Translations under genes and position numbers: made by a program | Shown here: in pieces, positions 11,648 through 21,700 of the stretch | Layout: each line of letters begins with the position of its first letter | How positions within the stretch are numbered: the first letter of the stretch is position 1 | Assembly: GCA_017430235.1 (NCBI GenBank) | Contig: JAFRNH010000008.1 | Coordinates: 2,173 to 66,172, forward strand | Direction of reading: 5' to 3' | Source: Paludibacteraceae bacterium | GTDB lineage: Bacteria; Bacteroidota; Bacteroidia; Bacteroidales; Paludibacteraceae | Length of the DNA: 64,000 nucleotides | Notes under the pieces: generated by a model | Databases searched by the model: none | Told to the model about the DNA's origin: nothing | What the model saw: the letters and a program-made list of their open reading frames with translations, nothing else

Positions 11648-11675
11648 GAAGAGACGCAATGCATTGTGTCTCTAC
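11648..11675. repeat. REP-like 28-bp palindrome (slightly imperfect copy)
   Basis: GAAGAGACGCAATGCATTGTGTCTCTAC. Same termini and centre as the copy at 21647. Confidence 0.75.
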
Positions 11676-11746
11676 AAAAAAGAAAATTGAAATAATTATT
11701 TGAGGGAAATCTCAAATTTTCTATCTTTACAGAAACAAATAATTAT

Positions 11747-13063
11747 ATGAAACAATATACAGCGGCACCAACCATACATGTCGGCATTCTTTTACGAGAG
11801 AAAATCACATTCAATCTCTACGGAACATTCATTACCGACGACGGAACTGAGGCAACTGGCTCACAGGAAGTCACCCTCTCAAATGGCAAAATCATGTATC
11901 ATGGGAAAGACTATACTTGCTTGTCCTTCACAGCCAAAGATGAGTTGAACAGTTTCGAACTGATGGAGGTTACAATTGGCATACAATTTCATTGGGAAAG
12001 AAAAGAGAATCAACGTTTTAACGGTGATTTAAAATTTGTCATTGCCGACAATAAAATCCAAGCCATCAACATAATTCATGTGGAAAAATATTTGACCAGT
12101 GTTATCTCTTCTGAAATGAGTGCCACCTCGTCATTAGAGTTGTTAAAAGCACATGCTGTCATTTCAAGAAGTTGGTTGTTGAACAAACTGGAAGGAAAGA
12201 AAACGACCAGTTCTGCAAATGAGATGACCATCAGCGAGGACAAAATCATTCGATGGTATGATCACCAAGACCACACTCTTTTCGATGTTTGTGCAGACGA
12301 TCATTGTCAGCGTTACCAAGGCATCACTAAATCTGGCACATTAGCCGTTCAAGAGGCTATTCAAGCCACCTACGGACAGGTGTTAACATACAATGACAAG
12401 ATATGTGACGCACGTTTCTACAAAGCTTGCGGAGGTGCCACAGAACTGTTTGAGAACTGTTGGGAAGAGGTGCATCACCCCTACCTCATCGCAATTGCAG
12501 ATGACAAAGAGGCGACATTACCGAATCTAACCAACGAAGAAGAGGCTGAGCAATGGATCCTTGCCGAACCAAAAGCCTTCTGCAACACGAAAGAGAAAAG
12601 CATCCTCTCACAAGTGTTGAACAATTATGACCAAGAGACTCCTGATTTTTACCGATGGGTGGTAGACTATACACAGGAGGAACTCTCGCAAATAATAGCA
12701 GAAAAAAGTGGCATTGACTTCGGAAAGATTCAAGAACTCATTCCTATTAAACGAGGTGCATCTGGACGAATCATCGAGTTGAAGGTTGTCGGAGAAAAAA
12801 AGACAATGATCATAGGGAAAGAACTTGAAATACGGAAAATATTATCTCGCAGTCACCTCTACAGTTCTGCCTTTATCGTCAGAAAAGAGATTCGAAACGG
12901 CAATATTCACTTTCAATTGAAGGGAGCTGGTTGGGGACATGGTGTTGGTCTCTGCCAAATTGGAGCCGCCGTCATGGCAAGTGAGGGATACAACTACAAA
13001 GAGATTCTGCAACATTATTATCCCAACTCGGTTCTAAGTTCATTGTACGAGAAAAAGAAATAA
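11747..13063 (+). CDS. SpoIID/LytB domain protein
   Basis: 438 aa with SpoIID-type motifs (EMSATSSLELLKAHAVISRSW, CADDHCQRYQG, GHGVGLCQIGA). Confidence 0.8.
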   Translation: MKQYTAAPTIHVGILLREKITFNLYGTFITDDGTEATGSQEVTLSNGKIMYHGKDYTCLSFTAKDELNSFELMEVTIGIQFHWERKENQRFNGDLKFVIADNKIQAINIIHVEKYLTSVISSEMSATSSLELLKAHAVISRSWLLNKLEGKKTTSSANEMTISEDKIIRWYDHQDHTLFDVCADDHCQRYQGITKSGTLAVQEAIQATYGQVLTYNDKICDARFYKACGGATELFENCWEEVHHPYLIAIADDKEATLPNLTNEEEAEQWILAEPKAFCNTKEKSILSQVLNNYDQETPDFYRWVVDYTQEELSQIIAEKSGIDFGKIQELIPIKRGASGRIIELKVVGEKKTMIIGKELEIRKILSRSHLYSSAFIVRKEIRNGNIHFQLKGAGWGHGVGLCQIGAAVMASEGYNYKEILQHYYPNSVLSSLYEKKK

Positions 13064-13099
13064 ATAGTTCCTCGAACGAGATAAAAAGATAGAAGGTAT

Positions 13100-13843
13100 A
13101 TGAAATTAACATTTTTAGGTACAGGTACTTCCACAGGTGTTCCATACATAACCTGTAATTGTGAAACATGTCAATCGAAAGATCCCAAAGACAGGAGACT
13201 TCGTTGTTCTTCGCTGTTAGAGGTGGATGGCAAAAATATATTATTGGATTGCGGACCCGATTTTCGTCAACAAGCATTAAATGTTGGCTTACAAAAGGTA
13301 GATGCTGTTTTACTGACGCACAAACACATGGATCATGTATTAGGATTAGACGATTTGCGTCCCTATGGAAATGTACGCATCTATTCTAACAAAGAGACCA
13401 TAGATGCCATTCACAAAGTATTCTCCTATTGTTTTAACAACGACTACAAAGGGATCCCACAATTAGAGACTCATGTTATCACGCAAGAGCCTTTCGAGAT
13501 TGATGGAATCACCATCACGCCAATTTTGATTTGGCATTACAAACTACCTGCTTTCGGATATAGGATAAAAGATTTTGCATACATAACAGACTATAAGAGC
13601 ATCGACGAGGATCAATTAGAGAAGCTAAAAGGGTTGGATGTATTGGTAATGGATGCATTAAGATGGGAAGAACACTTCTCGCATGCCAGCATAGACGAAG
13701 CGATTGCGATTTCCAAAAGGTTAAATCCGAAAAGGACCTATTTCATTCACATGAGTCATTCGGCAGGACTGCATGAAAAGACACAAAAATTACTGCCTCC
13801 GAATATATATTTAGCTTATGATGGATTGAGCATTGAAATATAA
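13100..13843 (+). CDS. MBL-fold metallo-hydrolase (PhnP-like)
   Basis: 247 aa with the HxHxDH motif (THKHMDH). Confidence 0.8.
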   Translation: MKLTFLGTGTSTGVPYITCNCETCQSKDPKDRRLRCSSLLEVDGKNILLDCGPDFRQQALNVGLQKVDAVLLTHKHMDHVLGLDDLRPYGNVRIYSNKETIDAIHKVFSYCFNNDYKGIPQLETHVITQEPFEIDGITITPILIWHYKLPAFGYRIKDFAYITDYKSIDEDQLEKLKGLDVLVMDALRWEEHFSHASIDEAIAISKRLNPKRTYFIHMSHSAGLHEKTQKLLPPNIYLAYDGLSIEI

Positions 13844-13871
13844 AGGTAGGTCCTATCAATTGGGTGGATTC

Positions 13872-14180
13872 TTATTCTTCAAACAAGAAAATCTCCTCGT
13901 TCGCTCTTTTCATCAAGAATTGTTCACGAGCGAACTTCTCCAAACTTGACATATCAGATTCCAACTGATGCATTTTCTCCTGACTGTCAATGCTTAGTTC
14001 CTTATAGTAAGCGATTTCTCTTTCAATACGATTTTGGGTGATGGACAACTGATAGTAATCCACCAACGTATGAGAGTCGAAAAGTAAGAACCAAAGCACA
14101 GCCACGACACAGGTCAGCAAATACTTGTTGGTAACTATTTTTTTTACGACAACAACAATTTTTTCTTTATTTATTTCCAT
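13872..14180 (-). CDS. septum formation initiator (FtsB/DivIC-like) protein
   Basis: 102 aa with a single N-terminal TM segment followed by a coiled coil. Confidence 0.6.
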   Translation of the reverse strand: MEINKEKIVVVVKKIVTNKYLLTCVVAVLWFLLFDSHTLVDYYQLSITQNRIEREIAYYKELSIDSQEKMHQLESDMSSLEKFAREQFLMKRANEEIFLFEE

Positions 14181-14322
14181 AATCGACAGAAAGGATTTTC
14201 AAGGAATTCTATCAAAAAAACAAATCAGCTACATTAAAAATTCAAAAAAGGGAAAGAAGGGAAACAAGGTATTAATCCTCATTTCCATTCCCTCCATACC
14301 ATATATGAGTTTTAAGGCAATA

Positions 14323-14790
14323 TTACTCTTCTGTATCTTCAAACTTAATCTGCTCCACCTCGTCGTCTTTCATATAAACAACAGAATAACGAGTAGCATT
14401 GGTAGGAGACATGATAGTTATACGATACTCTCCTGAGTCATATTCGTACAAACGAATATAATACTTATTAAGAGTAGAGGTCTCCATACATTCGAAGTTA
14501 ATGTACTTATAATCCTTTTTGGATGTCCATTTTTGCTGTTTGTCATAGATAGTATACCTAGTCTCCTTGTTGTTCAATTGATCCTTAACGATAATTGATT
14601 TTTGCGTAAAGTTCATAGCAAAAATGGTGGAACTTTGTTCCCAAGGGCCCCACACATAGACATCTTTGGACTTAGAAGTCACCATACCTTTTGTTTCTCG
14701 GAAGGAACGGAAGTTCGCATTCTGAGCAGAGACTGAAGTCACTCCCAACAGCAGTCCCAATAGAACTAAATATCTAATAATCGTATTCAT
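14323..14790 (-). CDS. hypothetical secreted protein
   Basis: 155 aa with a signal peptide (LLGLLLGVTSVSAQ). No recognisable motif. Confidence 0.6.
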   Translation of the reverse strand: MNTIIRYLVLLGLLLGVTSVSAQNANFRSFRETKGMVTSKSKDVYVWGPWEQSSTIFAMNFTQKSIIVKDQLNNKETRYTIYDKQQKWTSKKDYKYINFECMETSTLNKYYIRLYEYDSGEYRITIMSPTNATRYSVVYMKDDEVEQIKFEDTEE

Positions 14791-14809
14791 AATATAATTA
14801 CAGTCAACA

Positions 14810-15781
14810 TTAAGGATTTATAATCCAATTTTTATTATGGACCTTTATTTTCTCTTTAGAGAAGTGCAGGTCCTCTTTTTTTGGAATGCGAATAAAGAAC
14901 TCAGTTTGGTTTTTATTCGGCAATTTATTCGTACGCAACCAAGGATTGGCATCTTTCAGCAATTGGTATGAGATACCATAACCTTTTGCAAAATCTGTCA
15001 AATTTACGATGGTTGAATCAACCTTAACGACATCCGACTCCACCATATAGTATAAATCCTCTTTTTTAAGCATAAAGCCAAATTGCTGAGGATTCTCCAT
15101 CACAAATTTCGCCATCATAATTCGAAAGACATAACGATTGGTTTCTTCGCCAAAAAGCATGTCAAAATAGTTGTTGGTTTGTTGCACCTCCATCTGTTTC
15201 AATACTCTTGCACGACCAGAATTATAAGATGCAGCCGCCAAAGCCCAACTTTGCGTCAACTCATACGTACGTTTCAAATATTGGCACGCAATGACAGTCG
15301 CCTTCTCAAGATTGTAACGTTCATCCACATCATCATTCACAATCAAACCACTCTCCTGACCTGTCGTCGCTAAAATCTGCCAAATACCAGCAGCCTTGGC
15401 TGGTGACAATGCCCTCTGATCCAAATTACTCTCTATCAACGCAAGGTATTTGAAATCATCAGGAACACCCTCTCGCTCGAGGATGGGTTCAATAATAGGG
15501 AAAAATTTATTCGCACGTTTAATAATCAGGAACATCTGAGAATGCCAATAACTGAAACTCGTCAGTTCGCGATCAAATCTCTCCCGCATATAATAGTTGG
15601 TTAAATCAACCGTCTCTCCAAAGATAGTAAAAGAATCTGGCATCTGTGGTGCAAAATTATACTGCATCAACGAATCCGCAAACACTTTTACCGGATATTT
15701 CTTTTCTTCAGCATTCGTACAATTCAAAAACATACACACCGCTGCCGCAGAAATGAACAAAATCAACTTATTTTTCATCAC
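14810..15781 (-). CDS. lytic transglycosylase (SLT domain)
   Basis: 323 aa with a signal peptide and a family-1 transglycosylase motif (LALIESNLDQRALSPAKAAGIWQI ... AAASYNSG). Confidence 0.8.
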   Translation of the reverse strand: MMKNKLILFISAAAVCMFLNCTNAEEKKYPVKVFADSLMQYNFAPQMPDSFTIFGETVDLTNYYMRERFDRELTSFSYWHSQMFLIIKRANKFFPIIEPILEREGVPDDFKYLALIESNLDQRALSPAKAAGIWQILATTGQESGLIVNDDVDERYNLEKATVIACQYLKRTYELTQSWALAAASYNSGRARVLKQMEVQQTNNYFDMLFGEETNRYVFRIMMAKFVMENPQQFGFMLKKEDLYYMVESDVVKVDSTIVNLTDFAKGYGISYQLLKDANPWLRTNKLPNKNQTEFFIRIPKKEDLHFSKEKIKVHNKNWIINP

Positions 15782-15800
15782 TCAAAAATCAAAATCACTC

Positions 15801-16910
15801 TTACTTAGCATGGAACACCAACATCGGCGTATTCGTGTGAAAGACAATCTTTCTCGCCATACTTGGATTAAACATTCTCGTCAACAAACTCCTCCTATGA
15901 GTAGTCAACGAAATAACATCCACCTCGTTCGTTCTAATATACTCATCATAGGTCGTCAACAAATCTGGACCCTTCAGCAAATGAGACTTCATATTGATTG
16001 TCGGGAATTGCTCAGAAAAATAATCCTTCAAGCCTCTTAGTTTCACCTCTGCCCACGGATCCTCGTTCGAATCATAATGTATGAAATGAACCATCACATC
16101 CGATGACGCCATCTTACATATTAGTTTTAAAAAGTCTTCGTAATAACTTAAATCTTCATCATCAAAATTAGTCGAACATGCTATCTGCTTCACATTATCA
16201 AACGTGATAAAATGTGTGTTCTCTGGTATCGTAAATACTGGAACATTGGCCCGCTCCATTACCTCCGCAGTAACACTTCCTATCATATCCAAATCCTTTT
16301 GGCTACATCCTCTCGTTCCCATCATAATGGCTAAAGGATTCACCAAATCTGAATACTCCAATATCTGCTCCTCTGGTATGCCCTCCCTTATCACACACAT
16401 ATACTCAACATTCGGCATCTCTCCTTGCGTTATCCGATTATTAATCATCTCACGCAAGCGATTCATCTTCTCGGACGACTCCTTCTCTGCTTGCTTCTTG
16501 TTCTCATCATCCTTCTTCGTCGCATACGCATCTCCTATCGTAGCCATCACGGTCTTCGCTACCGTATACGTATGAAACAAAATCGCTTTCAACCCTAATA
16601 TAGAAGCAACTCTAAAACCAAATTCACATATCTTTATCGAATAATCTGAAAAATCAACAGGCATCAACAAAACCCGCTCTTCATTCAAGGCTTGCGATAC
16701 CGCATCCTCATTCTTCATATTCTCTATAATGTTCAGCGCCTTGTCTAAATCACTTTGACGAATACGAACCCGCACTCCTAACGACATCGCAGGAAGTAAT
16801 GGATTAACATTCTGCATAAAAACATCAATACCATGGATCTCTAACACAGACCGCAATATCTGCGCCTTTTCGTATGTATGTATCGCTACCGTTACTAACG
16901 TATCCTCCAT
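15801..16910 (-). CDS. universal stress protein, tandem Usp domains with an N-terminal small regulatory-like domain
   Basis: 369 aa with two UspA-like halves, ending in the typical Usp C-terminal pattern (ARKIVFHTNTPMLVF). Confidence 0.7.
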   Translation of the reverse strand: MEDTLVTVAIHTYEKAQILRSVLEIHGIDVFMQNVNPLLPAMSLGVRVRIRQSDLDKALNIIENMKNEDAVSQALNEERVLLMPVDFSDYSIKICEFGFRVASILGLKAILFHTYTVAKTVMATIGDAYATKKDDENKKQAEKESSEKMNRLREMINNRITQGEMPNVEYMCVIREGIPEEQILEYSDLVNPLAIMMGTRGCSQKDLDMIGSVTAEVMERANVPVFTIPENTHFITFDNVKQIACSTNFDDEDLSYYEDFLKLICKMASSDVMVHFIHYDSNEDPWAEVKLRGLKDYFSEQFPTINMKSHLLKGPDLLTTYDEYIRTNEVDVISLTTHRRSLLTRMFNPSMARKIVFHTNTPMLVFHAK

Positions 16911-17147
16911 AATACCTTTCTATTTCTATGATCAAATTCCAAGATTTAGTAAATATTTCCCAAATATAGAAATTTAATTTTTAAAATCATATCTTTTGAC
17001 AACAATTTTATTCTTCCCGCTTCTGAGATATGAGGAATTATTTATTTATTTTTGTTCAAATTTTCGATGACATTCTCCTTTTTTTCCCTGAAAGAATTGA
17101 TTTGAAATTATACAAGATATTCATTTTCAATATTTTAAAACAAAATT

Positions 17148-17960
17148 ATGATTTCATTCCCTAATGCAAAAATTAACATTGGACTAAATATCACTGAAAA
17201 AAGACCCGATAATTATCATAATCTGGAAAGTTTCTTCTACCCTATTCCCATCAAAGATATCCTTGAAATTGTCGAATCTCCAAATCAAGAAACGCGCCTA
17301 CATCTTTCTGGCATTACCATTGATGGCAATAGCGAAGACAACCTCATTATGAAAGCGTATCGATTACTTGCTACCGACTATTCTATTCCTTCCGTCGACA
17401 TCTATTTGGAAAAGAAAATTCCTTTCGGTGCAGGCTTGGGTGGTGGCTCCTCCGACGCAGCTTTCACTCTTAAAATGCTCAACGAGATGTTCTCCTTGCA
17501 TTTATCTACAGAAATACTGGAAAATTATGCTTCAAAATTAGGTGCAGATTGTCCCTTTTTCATTCAAAACAAACCTGTATTCGCAACAGGTATTGGAAAC
17601 ATCTTCACTCAAATAGACTTTTCATTGAATCAGGTCTTCATGGTATTGGTTAAACCTGATGTTCATATTTCCACCAAAGAGGCTTACTCCTTGATTAAAC
17701 CTCAAAAAACCGTCATACCTGTATGCGAACGCATCAAACAACCAATGGAACAATGGAAAGATACGATTGTGAATGATTTCGAATATAGCGTCTTTCCTCA
17801 ACATCCTTCCGTCAAAGCCATCAAAGATAAACTATACGAGAATGGCGCTATTTATGCATCCATGTCGGGCTCAGGTTCCTCTGTCTATGGTTTCTTCTCT
17901 CAACCAACTGATCTGAAACACCTCTTCCCAGGTGAATATGTCTTTCAAGGGGGTCTATAA
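17148..17960 (+). CDS. ispE: 4-diphosphocytidyl-2-C-methyl-D-erythritol kinase
   Basis: 270 aa with the GHMP kinase motif (PFGAGLGGGSSDAA) and N-terminal AKINIGLNI. Confidence 0.9.
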   Translation: MISFPNAKINIGLNITEKRPDNYHNLESFFYPIPIKDILEIVESPNQETRLHLSGITIDGNSEDNLIMKAYRLLATDYSIPSVDIYLEKKIPFGAGLGGGSSDAAFTLKMLNEMFSLHLSTEILENYASKLGADCPFFIQNKPVFATGIGNIFTQIDFSLNQVFMVLVKPDVHISTKEAYSLIKPQKTVIPVCERIKQPMEQWKDTIVNDFEYSVFPQHPSVKAIKDKLYENGAIYASMSGSGSSVYGFFSQPTDLKHLFPGEYVFQGGL

Positions 17961-17963
17961 CAC

Positions 17964-17991
17964 GTTGAGACGCACGGCCGTGCGTCTCTAT
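17964..17991. repeat. REP-like palindrome between convergent genes
   Basis: GTTGAGACGCACGGCCGTGCGTCTCTAT, with a perfectly palindromic 22-bp core. It starts 3 nt after the ispE stop and contains the TAG stop of the LRR gene. Confidence 0.85.
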
Positions 17992-19223
17992 CGTTTGGTC
18001 TTTTGTATCTCTTCTTTCACAAATTTTGTACCATCATACCTGATTTGATAGGTAAAGGATTCATTTCGTTCTACTTTTAGATATTCTGGAGCCAGAATTA
18101 TTTCCCCATTCTTTTCATCATAATGAGGTTCATAATACCTTTTCTGATAAGCATCCATAACATTCAACACATAAAACCCATTGATCATTTTATCTGAAAT
18201 GTTCCATACACATTTACATTTAGTTTCGCTATAATATTCCTCACCACTTCTTCCTTCTATTCTCGTATCATGAGAACGGCCATAAGTATATGAATGTTTA
18301 CATATAAATTTTAAAGAATGGGCACTCACCGCTATGAAATATAAATCAGTAAAATTTTCATAAGAATCCCTCGGCCAAGTTATTGGTAAATAGATATCAT
18401 AATTCATTTTTATCATAAAGACCTGTGTAGTATCATTAATATTACCTATCCATTTTTTTTCTAATGTTGGATATCTACCATCGAAAGACAGACTAACGTT
18501 CAATGAATCGATTATAATAATATTAATATTTTCGTCTTGTTCATTATCTTCGGGTTCTTTCAAATAGTATAGACTTAAAAAAAATTGATAATCATGAGGA
18601 TAGCAATAACTAACATTCTCTTTATCTGAGAGACACTCTAGTTTAAAGTTGATGGAATCAGCAATTTGTGTGTTTTCCAACTCTGAAAATTCATAATTAA
18701 AGTTATCCAAAAACCAATCGGGATATGTTCCTTTATAATCATAATGATATAGGAGTTCTTCTTGGAAATCACTATAAGCTATCGACGAAAAATCTTTTGG
18801 TAAGGAGATTGATTTCAATTTATAACATCCTGACAAGGCATGTTCACAAACAATATCGATTTTAGTCTTTTCAGAAAAACAAATTGAATCTAATTGACCA
18901 CAATAATAAAAAGCATAATTACCTATGCGCCTCACACTATCGCCAACTATCAATGTTTTCAATAAAGAATTTGCCATGAAAGCGCTATCTCCTATCTCAT
19001 TCACCTTATATTTTCGTCTTCTTTCCTTGATTATGTTTGGAACCACTACACGACATCCACTCTTTTTTCCATCCACTAACTTTGCTGTACGTGTGTTCGG
19101 ATCTAACTCATACGTAATGCTATCGCGCACTACCCTAAACGAGGCTGCTGTATTCTTCGCCATACACATCATGGAGAGGAGGAGGAAGCATAATAGGGAA
19201 ATGAAACGAACTGTGTTTTGCAT
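17988..19223 (-). CDS. BspA-type leucine-rich-repeat protein, secreted
   Basis: 411 aa with a signal peptide and LRR_5-like repeats (IGDSAFMANSLLKTLIVGDSVRRIGNYAFYYC...). Its TAG stop lies inside palindrome 17964..17991. Confidence 0.65.
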   Translation of the reverse strand: MQNTVRFISLLCFLLLSMMCMAKNTAASFRVVRDSITYELDPNTRTAKLVDGKKSGCRVVVPNIIKERRRKYKVNEIGDSAFMANSLLKTLIVGDSVRRIGNYAFYYCGQLDSICFSEKTKIDIVCEHALSGCYKLKSISLPKDFSSIAYSDFQEELLYHYDYKGTYPDWFLDNFNYEFSELENTQIADSINFKLECLSDKENVSYCYPHDYQFFLSLYYLKEPEDNEQDENINIIIIDSLNVSLSFDGRYPTLEKKWIGNINDTTQVFMIKMNYDIYLPITWPRDSYENFTDLYFIAVSAHSLKFICKHSYTYGRSHDTRIEGRSGEEYYSETKCKCVWNISDKMINGFYVLNVMDAYQKRYYEPHYDEKNGEIILAPEYLKVERNESFTYQIRYDGTKFVKEEIQKTKR

Positions 19224-19247
19224 GTTATATTATTTTGTTATTGATTG

Positions 19248-19275
19248 GTAGAGACGGTGTGCACACCGTCTCTAC
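19248..19275. repeat. REP-like 28-bp perfect palindrome
   Basis: GTAGAGACGGTGTGCACACCGTCTCTAC, between the glnN stop and the LRR gene start. Confidence 0.9.
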
Positions 19276-19284
19276 ATCAAACAT

Positions 19285-21474
19285 TTATTTGGCAAATAAC
19301 AATTCACGATATTTTGGCAATGGCCATATATCATCGTCGATCACCAATTCCAATGCATCAATATGGGTTCTGATTTCCTCCATCGTCGGACGAACTACCT
19401 TATCATAGATAATTGCTTTCTCTTCTTCTGAACCGGACGTATTGGCCGTTCTGCGCTCTTCCGTCATCCGTTTCAACAGCTTCTTAATGGCAGTCACATG
19501 CAATGAGATTTCTCGTATCAGATCTTTACGATCCTCCGACAACTCATCATACTCTGCCTCTGAAAAGAGCTGCTTCAAACCACATAGGTTCTCTATCAAT
19601 CGGTTTTGATAGGCTACTGCCGTTGGAACAATGTGATTCAATGCAATATCTCCTAATGTACGTGATTCAATCTGTACCTTTTTAGAGAATTTTTCATACT
19701 CCACCTCTACACGTCCGTGCAACTCAATCTCGTTGAATATCTTCTCTCCAATCAAAACCTCTTTGGATGATTTATCCAAATACTTTCCAATGGCTTCTGG
19801 CGCACTGGTGATATTCGTCAAACCTCTCTTGGCAGCCTCTTTCTTCCACTCGTCTGAATAACCATCACCTTCAAAACGTACTGCCTTGGATTCTACAATC
19901 AGTTTCTTTAAAACTTGGAAGATGGCTTCATCCTTTCCTTTCCCTTTGGCTATCAAGCCATCCACCTCACTTCTGAACTCATTCAACTGATGTGCCACCG
20001 CTGCATCTAAGGCAATGATGGATGCTGCACAATTGGCTGATGAACCAACAGCACGGAACTCAAAACGGTTTCCTGTGAAGGCAAACGGAGAGGTTCTGTT
20101 TCGGTCCGTATTATCCAACATAATGTCTGGAATACGCGCGATACCCAACTTCAACGCCGTCTTCTCTTCTGGTGTCATCTTACTATCTCCCACCTGGTTG
20201 GCTAAATTATCCAACATCGCAGATAGGTTCTGTCCTAAAAAGACTGAAAGAATAGCCGGAGGTGCTTCATTAGCGCCCAAGCGATAGGTGTTACCAGCAC
20301 TCATGATAGATGCACGCAACAAATCCTGATGTTTGTAAACAGCCGTCATCACATTCACAAGGAAGGTGAGGAAAAGCATGTTTCCTTTTGGATTTTTAGC
20401 AGGTGACAATAGATTGATACCTGTATCGGTGGTCAACGACCAGTTATTATGTTTACCTGATCCATTCACACTTGCGAATGGTTTCTCGTGCAACAAGACT
20501 TGAAAATGATGTTTGCGTGCGATACGTTTCATCAAATCCATCATCAGCTGATTGTGGTCATTCGCCAAATTCGCCTCTTCGTAGATAGGGGCAAATTCAA
20601 ATTGGTTGGGTGCCACCTCATTATGACGAGTTTTCAATGGAATACCCAATTTATGAGCTTCAAACTCCACATCTCGCATATAGGCAGTCACACGCTCTGG
20701 TATGGAACCAAAGTAGTGGTCATCCAATTGCTGATCTTTTGCCGAAGCATGTCCCATCAACGTGCGACCCGTCATACAGAGGTCGGGACGTGCATTGTAA
20801 AGAGCTGAATCAACCAAAAAATATTCTTGTTCCCAACCCAAGTTGGTATTTACCTTCGTAACATTCTTATCGAAATACTGACAAACTGCAACAGCCGCCT
20901 TGTCAACTGCCGAAATGGCCTTCAACAATGGGGTTTTATAATCCAACGCTTCTCCAGTATAGGAGATGAAAATAGTTGGAATACACAAGGTAGAGCCCAC
21001 CACAAATGCAGGAGATGATAAATCCCACGCTGTATATCCACGAGCCTCAAAGGTGTTACGGATACCACCATTTGGGAATGAAGAGGCATCAGGTTCCTGC
21101 TGAACAAGCAATTTACCCGAAAAGCGTTCGATGACATCACCATTTTCATCAAAATCGATAAAGCCATCATGTTTTTCTGCCGTTCCATCTGTTAAGGGTT
21201 GAAACCAGTGTGTATAGTGAGTAGCACCTCTTTCGCGTGCCCATTTACGCATTCCTGTAGCAATCTGGTCGGCTATGTTTCGATCGAACAACACACCTTG
21301 TTCCACCGCTGCAATAAAAGCATTGAAAGCATCTTTAGAAAGATACTCACGCATTTTATCTTTCGTAAACACATTGATTGCAAAATAATCGGACAATCGG
21401 TCAGAGGGTGTTTCAATCTCTCTTGGTCGTCTGCGAGACAACTCTCGCAACGCATTAAATCTCATTATTGCCAT
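19285..21474 (-). CDS. glnN: glutamine synthetase, type III
   Basis: 729 aa. Size and sequence fit GSIII as found in Bacteroides (EVAPNQFEFAPIYEE...). Confidence 0.9.
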   Translation of the reverse strand: MAIMRFNALRELSRRRPREIETPSDRLSDYFAINVFTKDKMREYLSKDAFNAFIAAVEQGVLFDRNIADQIATGMRKWARERGATHYTHWFQPLTDGTAEKHDGFIDFDENGDVIERFSGKLLVQQEPDASSFPNGGIRNTFEARGYTAWDLSSPAFVVGSTLCIPTIFISYTGEALDYKTPLLKAISAVDKAAVAVCQYFDKNVTKVNTNLGWEQEYFLVDSALYNARPDLCMTGRTLMGHASAKDQQLDDHYFGSIPERVTAYMRDVEFEAHKLGIPLKTRHNEVAPNQFEFAPIYEEANLANDHNQLMMDLMKRIARKHHFQVLLHEKPFASVNGSGKHNNWSLTTDTGINLLSPAKNPKGNMLFLTFLVNVMTAVYKHQDLLRASIMSAGNTYRLGANEAPPAILSVFLGQNLSAMLDNLANQVGDSKMTPEEKTALKLGIARIPDIMLDNTDRNRTSPFAFTGNRFEFRAVGSSANCAASIIALDAAVAHQLNEFRSEVDGLIAKGKGKDEAIFQVLKKLIVESKAVRFEGDGYSDEWKKEAAKRGLTNITSAPEAIGKYLDKSSKEVLIGEKIFNEIELHGRVEVEYEKFSKKVQIESRTLGDIALNHIVPTAVAYQNRLIENLCGLKQLFSEAEYDELSEDRKDLIREISLHVTAIKKLLKRMTEERRTANTSGSEEEKAIIYDKVVRPTMEEIRTHIDALELVIDDDIWPLPKYRELLFAK

Positions 21475-21534
21475 TACAACCTAATTTTTTGTTATATTTT
21501 TTTAAGTACCCCAAATTTTTAGGGGTTCACTTTG

Positions 21535-21542
21535 CAAAAATA
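21535..21542 (-). promoter_or_regulatory. candidate -7 promoter box for glnN
   Basis: The minus strand reads TATTTTTG, about 60 nt upstream of the glnN start. Confidence 0.35.
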
Positions 21543-21614
21543 GGTATTTTTTGTGAGTATACCCCTATTTTTTATAGGTATATTTAAAAACAGGACACAA
21601 ATTTTTATTTTTAT

Positions 21615-21640
21615 GAAGACGTATGGCCGTGGAAATGCAC
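21615..21640. repeat. degenerate REP-like copy
   Basis: GAAGACGTATGGCCGTGGAAATGCAC aligns loosely to GAGACGCACGGCCGTGCGTCTC. It lies directly beside an intact copy. Confidence 0.4.
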
Positions 21641-21646
21641 ATCCAT

Positions 21647-21674
21647 GTAGAGACGCAATGCATTGCGTCTCTAC
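21647..21674. repeat. REP-like 28-bp perfect palindrome
   Basis: GTAGAGACGCAATGCATTGCGTCTCTAC, between the glnN promoter region and the 3' end of the WG-repeat gene. Confidence 0.9.
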
Positions 21675-21700
21675 GGTGACCAACAAAAAAAACATTTCTC

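Noticed and set aside
15597-16040. 147-aa plus-strand ORF spanning the junction of the transglycosylase and Usp genes
   Set aside because: It overlaps two confidently called minus-strand genes and the short spacer between them, and it has no motif support.
21507-21527. Small hairpin (ACCCC-AAATTTTTA-GGGGT) in the glnN 5' leader, considered as a glutamine-responsive RNA
   Set aside because: It has only a 5-bp stem and no resemblance I can see to known glutamine riboswitch architecture. It is too weak to call.
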